From Salpingoeca rosetta (lineage: Eukaryota; Protista; Choanoflagellata), in assembly GCA_033442325.1 (NCBI GenBank), contig JAWQFM010000022.1, forward strand, positions 774,746-838,745: a stretch of DNA of 64,000 nt, given 5' to 3'. This document shows positions 13,206 through 35,976 of the stretch, in pieces. The position numbers and the translations under genes were made by a program. Within the stretch, counting starts at the first letter, position 1. Every line of letters starts with the position of its first letter. The notes under the pieces were generated by a model. It did not search any database. It saw only the letters and a list, made by a program, of their open reading frames with translations, and was not told the origin of the DNA.

Positions 13206-13562
13206 GGTGGCGTGCTTCGCTGCGTCTTTGGCTGGCAACAAGGATGGGTGGCAAGGATGGGGATGAGGATCTGGTGAGAGCGGCGTGTGTGTATCTCCGT
13301 GGCTGGCTGGAAGTGCGGCAAATGCCAAAACAAACACCCAAAATTCAAAATTGGTCGAGAAATGTGGCACATCTTTCACAGGCTATCTAAATTCACGGTA
13401 TTGGTCTTGTAATAGCATTGTATCCTTTTTATAGCATAACGGATGTGACTGTGCGAGACGACACGAGTGCCATCACCAGCAGACTTCCACCCCAGACACA
13501 CAGAGACACACACACACACACACACACAGACACACACACACACACAGACACACACAGACAAG

Positions 13563-16690
<3,128 letters not shown>

Positions 16691-17247
16691 CACACACACG
16701 CGCACGCACGCACGCGTCGTTGGACCTTTCATTGCAGCTCGTCTTCCTGTGTTTTTGTTTCTTCCTTCTCTCCTTTCCTTCCTTCGTTTCTGCCATTGTT
16801 TTGTTTTGTGTCTTCGTGATGTGCAAATGTGCTTGATAGCAGACAGCGCGTTGCGCGTTGGGTGTGAGATGCAGTTGTTTGTCGTCACGTCACACTGCGT
16901 TTGGCCGATTGATCTTTGTTGATGTGGTTTAAACTTTGCTGATGGTGTAAGCAACAACAAACAAGCAAGCAAACGAGCACCATCACAAGAAGGACGCGAA
17001 GCAGAAGAGAAAAAAGTCGCACCTCCCACCGTGGCAGAGCAACCCAAACACCGCAAACATCACCCGCGACAAGCATGGTGAGCCTCAATCTGAAGCAAGC
17101 AACAAACACAAGAACAAATGGGTAGGGAACAACACGTCTCAATCACTCCAAACAAGCACGGGCGCAAGCAAGACATTGCAGCAAAGATGTCAAGAGCAGA
17201 TGATGACGGGCAAAACAACACCCCAAATGCGAGATTGCACCCACTGC

Positions 17248-17300
<53 letters not shown>

Positions 17301-17316
17301 CTGCGTCTTCATGGTC

Positions 17317-19078
17317 TCAGAACATGGCCTCTGCCTCTGGCTGGGGCGTGTCCACGGTCAGCGTGATGACGGTGTTGCCTTTGCCATCGGTGGTGGTTGT
17401 CGCGGACGGCTGCTCGTGCCGGCCGCGTGTCAGGCTGCTGTCACGCGAGGAATGCGAGGAGCGCGCGCCATCAACAGAGCTCAACATCGTCGCAACAGTG
17501 GCACCACCATCTGTCGGTGGGTACTGCTGGTGCTGCTGATACTGCTGATGCTGCTGATGCTGCTGATGTTGATGCTCGTGCTGTTGTGGTGGGTACCGTG
17601 GCGTGAACACGTTGTCGGACGTGGATGGCGGGTGCACGAGGTGCCGCTCGTGGTGGCGGTGGTGCTGGTGCCGCGTGGAGATGTTGATGGTGACGCGTGC
17701 GCCGCCACCAAGGTGCTCCTGCTGCTCCAGGGCGTGCTTGCGTCGCGCGTCGTTGCGCACGCACACCTTGCGGGAGAAGTCAAGGAGACGGATGAGCAGA
17801 CGGCGGTAGTCGCCCGACGTGTCGCCAGAGATCCTGCACACGCGCGCAATGGTGACACGTGGTGGCGGTGAGCGAGGAAGAACCATCGCAATGATGATGA
17901 TGATGATGATGATGATGATCGTGCGTCGATATCAATCGCAGTCTGTGACACAAGAATCAACTGAGCAAAAGAAAGCATGTCACCACATTCACACGGCAGA
18001 CACGCACAACAAACCAACTGCTGGTCGGACGCGTGCACCCACATTTTCTCGAGCGTGATCTTGTGCTTCTCGTAGAAAGCATCGCCAATGTGTTTCAGGT
18101 CGTCCTCAGCATGCATGACGATGATGCGGATGAGGTTGCGGTCGCGTGTGCCGGCGCCCTTCATCGTGTTGTACAGCTCCGTCGCCATAAACCCCTCAGG
18201 ATCCCGCACAACTTTCACTGCACAGGAGAAGTTGGGGAGCAGGTGAGTAATGGGAATACGGGGAGTGTGTGTGTGTGTGTGTGTGTTGTGTGTGTGTGTG
18301 TGTGTGTTGTGTGTGGTGTGTGTGTGTATGTTGGGGGAGGCAGAGTGACAGGGACAAAATGTGAGTGCGTGAAGCTGTATGCGCGTGGGCGTGAAAAAAA
18401 TGCATGCATGTGGGAATGAAGTACTAACAGCACCACCCAACAAAACTAACACCAGTCAACAACAAGGCCCAACACAATAAAATGATGTTTGCTAAACCCC
18501 CCCCCCTCCACCCCCAGTACTAGCGTGCGGTCACGGCCGTACCGATGGTGAGGAGCGCCTTCTTGAAGTCGAGCGACGTCTCCCGCGTGATGCTCTTCTC
18601 AATGTCGTAATCGCACAGCTGCAGACGTGTGTGTGTAGGTGTGTGTGCACGCGCATGTGTGTGTGTGTGTATGTCGGTATTGGAGTGGAAAAGGTGGCGT
18701 AGTGCTGATGATGAGAACGCGAACGTGCGTTGGGCGTAAAGCTGAAGGAAAAAAAAAAACAATCAGGATACACACACACACACAAACACACAAACACACA
18801 AACACACAAACACATATGCACAAACACACACAAGCAAGCCAGCAAGCAACATCCTGCCACACCATCATGTGTGGCAACAGCACCTTGCTGTAGTGCTCGA
18901 AGATGCGTCGGAGCATGGGGAAGGAGTGGGTGCTGAAGATCTCAATGAAGGTTGCCTCGTCTGTGCCCATGCGCGCTTCACCAGCCTGATACAGACGCGA
19001 GGCCTCCGTCCGCGCCGTCTCATCATCCGGCTGGACGGTGCAGGCATGGTCGTGGTGTAGTGTGTATGTGTGTATGTA

Positions 19079-19151
<73 letters not shown>

Positions 19152-22100
19152 TGTACGGTGACTATTGGTGACGAGATGGGATGGTTGGGACGGTGGAGGG
19201 CAGTCGTGGGGCGTGTGTCCAGGATGATAAATTCGCGAGTCATCCTCCACCACACACACAAACATATGCACACACACACACACATACACACCTGCACACC
19301 TGCACCCACACACACACACACAAACATATGCACACCCACCGCCTCGGAGTCGTTGCGTTCGCCTTCGATGAGGGCGAGGAGGAGACGGCGGTAGTCGCCC
19401 GACGTGTCATCACGCACGGCCTCGGCCATCGTGCGCCCGTACATCTCCTGGTACTTCTCCTTCAGCCCGCGCATCTGGAAGCCCGTGCGCGTGCAGAGAA
19501 TCTCAATGAGGCTGCGGTCGTCGGTGCCCAGTCCCTTGACAGCGCGTTGCACCTCCGACGCAACAAACTCGACCGGGTCCATCATGAGCGCCAGCAGCAG
19601 ATAGCGGTAGTCGCCGCTCGTCTCGCTCTTCAGGTCCTGTTACACGACAAACGAGGACGTGGGCAGTGGTGGTTGGGAGTGAGCGTTGATGGGTGGTGGT
19701 TGATGAGTAGTTGAAATGGTGTGGAGTGAGGAGGTGTTGAAGGAGATGAGGCAACAATATGATGCGAGTACACAAATGCAGCCACGCACGGAACATAGCC
19801 AGCACCAAAACCACATCCACACGTGCACAAGGTACCCACTCTCAACTCATCATCTCTTCCAATGGCTATCGCCACTACCGCCATCACCACCATCATCAAC
19901 AAACAACATTATCGCCACCACCATCACCGCAAACACCGACCAACCTTGCTGAGGTCGCGGTTGTAGAGGTCCTTGAATGTGGTGGCGATGGTCTGACGCT
20001 GTGCATTCGTGCGCCCGCCGATGATCTTGTTCAGCACAGACTCGTTCGTGCCTGGTGCAAGGGGAGGAGCAATGGGAAGGGTGAACGAGAGAAGGACGAG
20101 AGGGGATGCGAAACAACGAGCCATTGGGGATGGTGACCGGGCACAGGGGAGAGCGGTTGAGAAATACACACACACGCACACACACGCACACACGCACACA
20201 CGCACACAAAGAAGCACACACACGCACACACACGCACACACGCACACGCGCACACAAAGAAGCACACACGCACACACACAAAGAAGCACAGGAACAACAA
20301 CAACAAACCACATGTGCACTCTCTCCTCCCAACCGCTCCCATTGGTAAACATGCTCACCCCATCCACGCATGGCCTTCCTAAGCCGCTTCGCATCCTTCT
20401 CCGGGTCAAACTGCACCTCTCCAAAGAGTTCGCACAACAGCAGCCGGTAGTACCCTGCCAACGTCACAGTCGTGGTGGTGGTGGTGGTGTGTGTGTACGG
20501 GTGGGGACATTGGCGGGTTGTATGGATGTGTACGTGTTGTGTGAGACTTGGTCGAACACACAACACGTACACATACACAGAAGAAGCAGCCGCAACGGCA
20601 GCGACAAGAGCGGTGCGCAGTGGGCACCTGATGTCTCCTTGCGAACGCGGGCGTAGAGATCCTCCTTGTACAGTTCGCGGTACTTCTCCGCAATGTCCAG
20701 CAAATCATACTCGCAGCGCGACGTCAGGATGAACGTGAGCAGGTCTTCGTTGGTGCCCAGGCCTTTGCATGCCTCAAACGCAAGCTCCGCCATCAGCGAC
20801 AGCTGATCGCGCACCGCTTTCACTGCAGGAAGAAAGGTGTGGTGAGACGACAGGTGTGGTGAGGCAACATGGTTATTTTGTTGTTCAGATGGTAGGTGAA
20901 TAGCTCGTGTGTGAACGCAGGTTGATGGCAATTGCGTGGGCTTGGAGTTGTATTTGTGTGTGTGTGTGTGTATTTGTATTTATGCGTGTATTTGTGTGTG
21001 TGTGTGTGTGTGTATTTGTGTGAGAGTGTATTTGTGCGTGTATTTTTGTATGTGTGTGTGTGTTGTTGTCATTCCNNNNNNNNNNNNNNNNNNNNNNNNN
21101 NNNNNNNNNNNNNNNNNNNNNNNNNNNNNNNNNNNNNNNNNNNNNNNNNNNNNNNNNNNNNNNNNNNNNNNNNNNNNNNNNNNNNNNNNNNNNNNNNNNN
21201 NNNNNNNNNNNNNNNNNNNNNNNNNNNNNNNNNNNNNNNNNNNNNNNNNNNNNNNNNNNNNNNNNNNNNNNNNNNNNNNNNNNNNNNNNNNNNNNNNNNN
21301 NNNNNNNNNNNNNNNNNNNNNNNNNNNNNNNNNNNNNNNNNNNNNNNNNNNNNNNNNNNNNNNNNNNNNNNNNNNNNNNNNNNNNNNNNNNNNNNNNNNN
21401 NNNNNNNNNNNNNNNNNNNNNNNNNNNNNNNNNNNNNNNNNNNNNNNNNNNNNNNNNNNNNNNNNNNNNNNNNNNNNNNNNNNNNNNNNNNNNNNNNNNN
21501 NNNNNNNNNNNNNNNNNNNNNNNNNNNNNNNNNNNNNNNNNNNNNNNNNNNNNNNNNNNNNNNNNNNNNNNNNNNNNNNNNNNNNNNNNNNNNNNNNNNN
21601 NNNNNNGGGGAAGCAGGCGGGTGGGGCAAAGGGAATTAGTTTTACCAACGCACACGCACGCACACACCACAAAGGCCATACTTCACCACCCAGCACCACC
21701 AACCACCACCACCACCATCAGGGCTGCACCTGGATTGCCCTTCCTGATGCCAAGAGCAGCAGCCTCAGCCTCCGATGAGAGCAGCGACACGAGCGCATAC
21801 TCGAGATTGCCCCCCCGTCTCCCGCTTCACGTCCTTCACCAGGTCCCGGTTGAAGTTGATTTGGAACGTCTACGGGGGCGTGTGAAAGTGTAAGTATGTG
21901 TGTGTGTGTGCATATGTGCGTGTGTGGGTATGTGTGTGTGTGTGTGTGCATATGTGCGTGTGTGGGTATGTATGTGTGTGTGTATGTGTGCGTGCGTGAA
22001 GTGCAGGGTAGCAAACGACATACGCATCTCACACATCTCATGCACCTCGCCATCCCACTCATGCACAAAACCGGGCATGGCAATCAACCAGCAAACAGAT

Positions 22101-22236
22101 GATGCGATGGTGGCGGTCCACCTTTGCAATCTCCATGCGCTGCTCGCGTGTTCGGTTGACAATGACCTGCACCAGCCGCTTCTTGTCGCACCCGAGCCCG
22201 CGCATCGCCTTCCGCAACGTCTGACCCCATGTGAAG

Positions 22237-22275
<39 letters not shown>

Positions 22276-22620
22276 GAACGACTTTAAGCAAACCCGAGAT
22301 CACATTGGATGTGACACTGCCGTGAANNNNNNNNNNNNNNNNNNNNNNNNNNNNNNNNNNNNNNNNNNNNNNNNNNNNNNNNNNNNNNNNNNNNNNNNNN
22401 NNNNNNNNNNNNNNNNNNNNNNNNNNNNNNNNNNNNNNNNNNNNNNNNNNNNNNNNNNNNNNNNNNNNNNNNNNNNNNNNNNNNNNNNNNNNNNNNNNNN
22501 NNNNNNNNNNNNNNNNNNNNNNNNNNNNTACCATAACCATCACCACAAGTGAAACCTTCACCAGCCAGTATTACCTTTGCATCCTTCTCTGGGTCGAAGG
22601 GCTCGTGGGGCACAATGGCT
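17317..22620 (-). CDS. Annexin, probably 8 repeats (two cores), interrupted by two N gaps; possible upstream exons to 25181
   Basis: Repeat motifs AMRGLGCDK, ACKGLGTNE, AMRGW|GTNE, AVKGLGTDD, GEARMGTDE, TMKGAGTRD, with ETSGDY/DTSGDY repeat ends. Confidence 0.88.
21076..21606. other. Assembly gap (other gaps: 22327-22528, 31754-31853, 33311-33410, 36134-37016)
   Basis: Runs of N. Confidence 1.
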
Positions 22621-22806
22621 GTCATGAACAGCCGCATGCACACACGCGCGCACACACATGTCCACATTCATGCACACATACAAGTGCGAAGACGGACGAA
22701 AACGACAAGATGAGTGAAAGCGACTAACGTGTACCGACAGTTGAGAGAAGCTGGGCATGTTACACAGTGCACAGTGATGGATGACAGGTCGTGGGTGCGA
22801 ACTCAC

Positions 22807-25181
22807 CACAGCCCGTGAGCTCGGGCTCGTTCAAGTACGCGGCAATATCGTCTGTAGAGGGAATATACGCGACGCGACCACGGATGCACATCCCGAGAAC
22901 ATTCGTTCATCGGCATGTTTGTGAGGGGACAACCAAGCGCGAGCCGCAACAACACGAACAACGCAAACAACAGCAACCGTCACCAGCACCGCCACCGCCA
23001 CCACCAACATGACAATCACTGTCCTCATCAGCATCACAACCATCACCACCACCAGCATCCGCAAGACAGCAGCACCTCCGAACGTGCGCCATTCGCCGTT
23101 CAGGGCGTCCTGGTCCATCGTCTCCAGCGACGACTAAACACCAACAGCAACACCAACAGCAACACCAACAGCAACACCAACAGCAACACCAACAGCACAC
23201 CATCAAAGCAACACCACCAAAGCAACGGAGAAAGGTGGGTGAGAACAGGGGCAACGCTCATAGAAATGCGTACATGTTGTACATGCAGCACACATAGACA
23301 GCTCAGCTCACAACAGTGTTGCACAGCCGTCATGAACGCCTGCAGGCAAGCACTTACGGGGCCGTCTGCTGCTGTGGACTCGCCGCCCTCAACGCGCGGA
23401 ACGGTGTATGGCATGTGGTGCGACGCTGCTTGCATCATGGACCCGGACGGGCGCATGTGCAGCGCTTGCAGGCTGTCGGTGAGCCGACGCTGGTTGTCTG
23501 CATGGCATGGTTCACACGACGGTCACAAAGCAACACGGGTGAATGGGGTGAGCACACGCTGGCAGAGGAAAGGAGCAGTGCAATTTTGCTGAGCACGTGT
23601 GCTGCTGTGGCCTGGGAAGCGGTGTGGTGGTCGACACGATGGTGCAAGGGTCTGGTAGATGCTGTGATGCTGGCGGTGGTGGTGGTGATGGTGGTGATCC
23701 TGGTGCTGGTGGCGGTGGTGGTGCTGGTGCTGGTGGTGGTGATGCTGGTGGTGGTGGTGCTGCTGGTGCTGGTGCTGGTGCTGGTGCTGGTGATGCTGGT
23801 GGTGCTGGTGGGACAAGCACGTGCCATACAGCGATAGACAGCATGAAACACGTAGCATGTATGACGGCTCATGTCCCTTGTCACATGTCACCTTGCAGCT
23901 GGCCGAGGGTCACCATGTGCGAATGTTCCTGTGACGTGAGCAAAGTGGAGTGGGCAGGGGATGAGCGAAGGTGCGTAGGCTAAGTTCATGTGTCTCCTTG
24001 ACGTCAAGGACTTTGATCAGTGTGCGCACACTTGTTGGCCACACACACACACAACCATGCCCACGCGCGCGCGCACACACACACACACACTCACACACTC
24101 ACACGCACGCACACACGCACGCACACACACACACATACGCACTGGAGGGGAAAAGTGGTGGAGCAGGCGCTCCTGCTGCTGAATGAACGCGCGCATCTGG
24201 CGGTCTTGCTCAAGCACCTGCAAGACGTACAAATCCACACACACACACACGTGCACACACACACGCACGCACCCACGCACACACACATACACCACACGCA
24301 CACACGCGCACACACACCACACGCGCACACGCACACATGCGCACGATAGAGTACAACAGTGTACAATGTGAGCAGTACCTTTCGAGTGATGCAAGTGCAA
24401 GCAAGAGCACACGCGCATTCAACATGCGTGCGCAAGCGCAGGTGGTCGCGACGTACGCGCTCTTGGAGATGAAACAGTTGAAGCAGGTTGTTCATCTGCT
24501 CCCGCAGCTGTCGCATCTCCGTTTCCATCGTGTTGACCTAGCGACATGCATACAAGTCGTCACACAAACGTGTTCTCATCAACCCATGGAGACTTGGCCA
24601 TCGCGAGCCAGCAAAAACACGCACTCAACAGGTCTCCGTGGCTGCTGAGCTGGCGTGGTGTTGCTTGTGTGCTCTCTCTCACCTTCTGCTCGAACGTGGA
24701 CATGCGCGTCATGAGGGCTGTTCCCTCTGTCTTCTGCAAGGTCGTGAGCGAACAGAGTGCACACAGCAAAAGGGCGCATGAGGTCATGGTAGACGGACAC
24801 GCAAGCATTGTGTGCCAGTGGCACCGCCACGGCCAGTAAATGAAGAGACAATCGAGCGGCGGCAGCAAAACAAGCAGGGAGCACAACAGAAGGACACGCA
24901 AGACTGCAGAGGGGAGGGCTGGCATGTGGAAAAAAAGGACGGATGCGCTTGGAAATAGAGAGGCACACACACACACACAAGCACACACACAACACACACA
25001 CACCACAACACAACACACACACGCAAGCACGCATGTAAAGATGGACACAACTGACCCCATGCTGGGCATACGACTGCTCGATATTCCGCTGCGTCTCTGC
25101 CATTCGTTGCAGCGCGTCATTTTGCGCCGCCAGCTGCGCTGACAGGCTGTTGTAGCGGTCCTGTAGCTCATTTCCACTCAT
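22807..25181 (-). CDS. Small exons encoding coiled-coil and low-complexity/proline-rich segments; probably the annexin N-terminus, possibly a separate gene
   Basis: GT-AG-bounded exons MSGNELQDRYNSLSAQLAAQNDALQRMAETQRNIEQ, VNTMETEMRQLREQMNNLLQLF, VLEQDRQMRAFIQQQERLL, MRPSGSMMQAASHHMPY, DIAAYLNEPELTG. Confidence 0.55.
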
Positions 25182-25608
25182 CCTGCGTGCGTCGTGTCAA
25201 AATGCCACCTTCTTCGCCTGCACGTGCGATCGAGTGGTGTGTGTTGTGTTGTGTTGTGTTGTGTTGTGTTGTGTGGTTGAACAATGACGATGCGTTGTGC
25301 GTATGAGTGAGTGAAAAGTGCCCCAGCTCAGATGAATAGGAAGACAACCCGCTCATGATGAGAGAGAGCAAGCGAACGCAGGCCGTGCGTCGAGGGTCGA
25401 GGGGCTGAGGGGTGTCGACCTCGGACCACACCTGTGTGTGTCCAGCAAAACACCCAGCCAGCTAACTCGAAAAAGCTCCCACAACAACATTCCTACCTCT
25501 GGGTGTCAACGTTTGTGAAGATTTGGCATGATTTCCGTTGGTTTCGCTTTGCACGCAGCCGCCAACAAATTTCAAACCAGCAGCCAGCAGTGCAGCTGAC
25601 ACGCGACC

Positions 25609-29761
<4,153 letters not shown>

Positions 29762-30331
29762 ACTTGACGCGTGGTTGGCATGGTATGCTCCGTGGACTTG
29801 GACTTGGACTTGTGGGTGGGAGGGCAGTGTGTTCGTGTATGTGTGTGTGTGTGTGTGTTTGGTGGTGGTTGATGTGGTAGTGGTTCTGGTTGTGTGTGTT
29901 TGTGCTTGTGTGTGTTGTGTCCAAATGAGACATGGTTGATTTTGGTTAACTATAATGATTCTCTCTACTCTACTGCAACGCTGAGCAATGGTGTGATGTG
30001 ATGTGATTGCGACGACAAATACATACAATACAATACTACGTCAATGGGGCAAGGAGAGAAGGAGACAGCAATCCAACCACACACACACACACAAACACAC
30101 ACAGACACACCTACACACAGACATACACCTCCACACACAGACACACACCTCCACACACAGACACAAAGACACACACAGACACACACCACCTCCAATCAGC
30201 GATAATTGACCACCTTTTCCGTCAGTTTTCTGCAGCCGTGGTCGCAACATCAACAGTGCCAGTCTCGCCTACAAGCCAGCCTTCATCCTCCTCTCTCCTT
30301 GACTTCAGAACACACGCAGCGCGAGCCAACG

Positions 30332-33664
<3,333 letters not shown>

Positions 33665-33858
33665 GCACACACACATTGCACACATTGCACACATTGCACG
33701 TGCACGTGCATCTTGTAGTGGTCGTTTACTGTTCGTTGTAGAGCCAAGACACATCATGATGTGATGGTACTGGTGGTGGTGGTGGTGGTGGTGCGCCTTA
33801 TCAGTAAAGCGCAACAAGAGGCAGCAAGCAAAAGAGCCCGGCCCTTGTCGTCCAATAG

Positions 33859-33944
<86 letters not shown>

Positions 33945-34054
33945 GTGACGCCTTGAAATCATCACGCATTCATTACACTCTGCCACGCGCAAGGGGGTGG
34001 TGTATATGTGCATGTATACAGTGCAATGCGATCCACGTCGTGAGCTGCCGTGAG

Positions 34055-35110
34055 CTAGGGGTCGCTACGCCTCAACGACGCACGCAGGTTCACCTGCGGC
34101 TGGGGCGAGATGAGGTGCGCCCGTGCATGCTCAAACCCGCGCACGCAGTGCCTTGAGAGCGCCATGGAGTCAGCAACTGGGTGCCGTTCTGCAAACCGCT
34201 CACGACCTGGCAAGATGGGAACACCACCCTCAGTGCCGTCGACGTACTGGTGCGGAACGCTGACTTTGAGGAAGTGTGCTTTGGCGGGCCCCAGGTCTTC
34301 GCACGGATAGTCGTCCCTCATCTTCTCCGGGAACAGACGCTCGTTGATGCGGTAGACGGGCCCGTGCGTCGATGGCTCATCTGTCTCTGCTGTGGCAGTG
34401 CCTCGAAGCCCTTCATCTTTCACCAGCTGCGCAATTAGGTCGTCTTCAGCTGTGGTGGGTGGCGCGTGGCACTCTTCGTAGTGCACCTTGCGGAAGGTGG
34501 CGAGGTCCTCGAAGAAGCTGTCCGGCTCGGAAACCAGCGGGTTCGTGTTGTCCAACATGCCTGCGATCCAGTCGTAGCCAAGCAGGCGATGGCTCACAGC
34601 ATCGTGAAGTCCAAACGGGCGCCCCACTTGAAGCAGTGTCGATGTGTCTGGCAGGTGGCTGGATGCAGCGGCAGTGGCTGTGGGTGCCCGCGCCCGTGGC
34701 ATGTCTTCTTCCTCCTCCCATCCTGCTCTGTCCTTGTTCTCCTTTCCTTGCTTTCTTTGGCTACCCCCATCACCAGTACTGCCCCTGCTATTTGCAGTGT
34801 CATGCTTGCTGCTTCTGCTGCGTGTTTGTTGCCTGGCTGCTTTTTTGTCGGTGCTGCTGGTGCTTGGTGCTGTTGTTGTTGTTGTTGTTGTGTTGCTGCG
34901 GCTGCTGCTACTCACGGTGGTCTCTGTCGCGCAATCACCGCACGCTTCATCCTGCAACACAGGCTGCTGGTGGTGATGCTGCTTCTCGTGGTGGCTAGAG
35001 TGACGGTGTTGGTGGTGATAGTGGTAGTGCTCGTGCACTGCTGATTCGCTGGCATCGCTTCCGTCGCTCGTGTCAGGCCGGCCCGAGTCGTAGTGGACCA
35101 GTTGGTTCAT
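34055..35110 (-). CDS. MIIP: Migration and invasion inhibitory protein (MIIP) homolog, single exon
   Basis: LLGYDWIAGMLD...PDSFFEDLATFRKVHYEEC, YRINERLFP, LKVSVP, DSMALSRHCVRGFE resemble the MIIP C-terminal domain; ATG at 35110 preceded by an ACA-rich leader. Confidence 0.8.
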   Translation of the reverse strand: MNQLVHYDSGRPDTSDGSDASESAVHEHYHYHHQHRHSSHHEKQHHHQQPVLQDEACGDCATETTVSSSSRSNTTTTTTTAPSTSSTDKKAARQQTRSRSSKHDTANSRGSTGDGGSQRKQGKENKDRAGWEEEEDMPRARAPTATAAASSHLPDTSTLLQVGRPFGLHDAVSHRLLGYDWIAGMLDNTNPLVSEPDSFFEDLATFRKVHYEECHAPPTTAEDDLIAQLVKDEGLRGTATAETDEPSTHGPVYRINERLFPEKMRDDYPCEDLGPAKAHFLKVSVPHQYVDGTEGGVPILPGRERFAERHPVADSMALSRHCVRGFEHARAHLISPQPQVNLRASLRRSDP

Positions 35111-35464
35111 CTTTGTTGTTGTGTGGGTTTGAAATTTTCGCGTTTGTTGGCCATTGGTGAATGGTTCCATGTAATTATCTACATTCGGAGGAGTGTTGCT
35201 TGAAGCTCTTCTTGTCTGACAAACGACTGTCGTGTTCTGTTTACTGTATTGTTTTCTTTTGTTGTAGTCGGATTGGTGGTGCACACGCAGACACACACAC
35301 ACACGCAAACACACACACACACACACGCAGACGCACGTACGCACGTACGCACACACACACGCACGTACGCACACACACACATATACTGTCTCTCTTCGTT
35401 GGTGGTCATCAGCCTTGCTTGTTTCACTTATTCTTTTCTTTTAGGTGACGATTTTTATTCAAGT

Positions 35465-35927
35465 GTTCAAATGCCCTCTTTGTTGCTGATGGGTCTCGAT
35501 CGCGGCCACACACGTTCTTGTCGTCAAACAACGACACCTGCCTGCCCTTCAGCCCTTCCGCCGCAGGACGAGCTTCTCGTTCGAAGACATGCCCAACACC
35601 TTGATATCTGGTGCCGGCGCAGCAACAGCAGCACCGCTGCATGCTTTGGAGGATCCAGTGTCTTGTTCTCTTGTTGCTCCTGTTCCAGCAGCGTCGTGAC
35701 GACGATCTCCTGTACTTTGTGTGCCACGAGGCTGGTTTGAGCCACTCGTTGGCCATGGCCGTTCGTTCAAAACACGTGCTCGCCATCCGCGCACACACAG
35801 AGTACTAGTTGTTGATGGTGCCAGGTCGCGACTGCTGGTGAAGATCATGCTGCTGGCGCTGTCCAGAGGTCCGCTTTGTATCTCCTCCATCTCCATCGGC
35901 CGCAGCTCGCCCAGCAGCTCGTCCACG

Positions 35928-35930
<3 letters not shown>
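35465..35930 (-). pseudogene. Possible degenerate coding relic with two U-box/SP-RING-like HVFERxA motifs
   Basis: CADGEHVF/(frameshift)ERTAMANEWLK near 35745-35790 and GVGHVFEREA near 35570-35600; stops and frameshifts. Confidence 0.3.

Positions 35931-35976
<46 letters not shown>

Noticed and set aside
20885-21893. ORFs spanning N runs (also 36052-37031)
   Set aside because: Artefacts of translating assembly gaps
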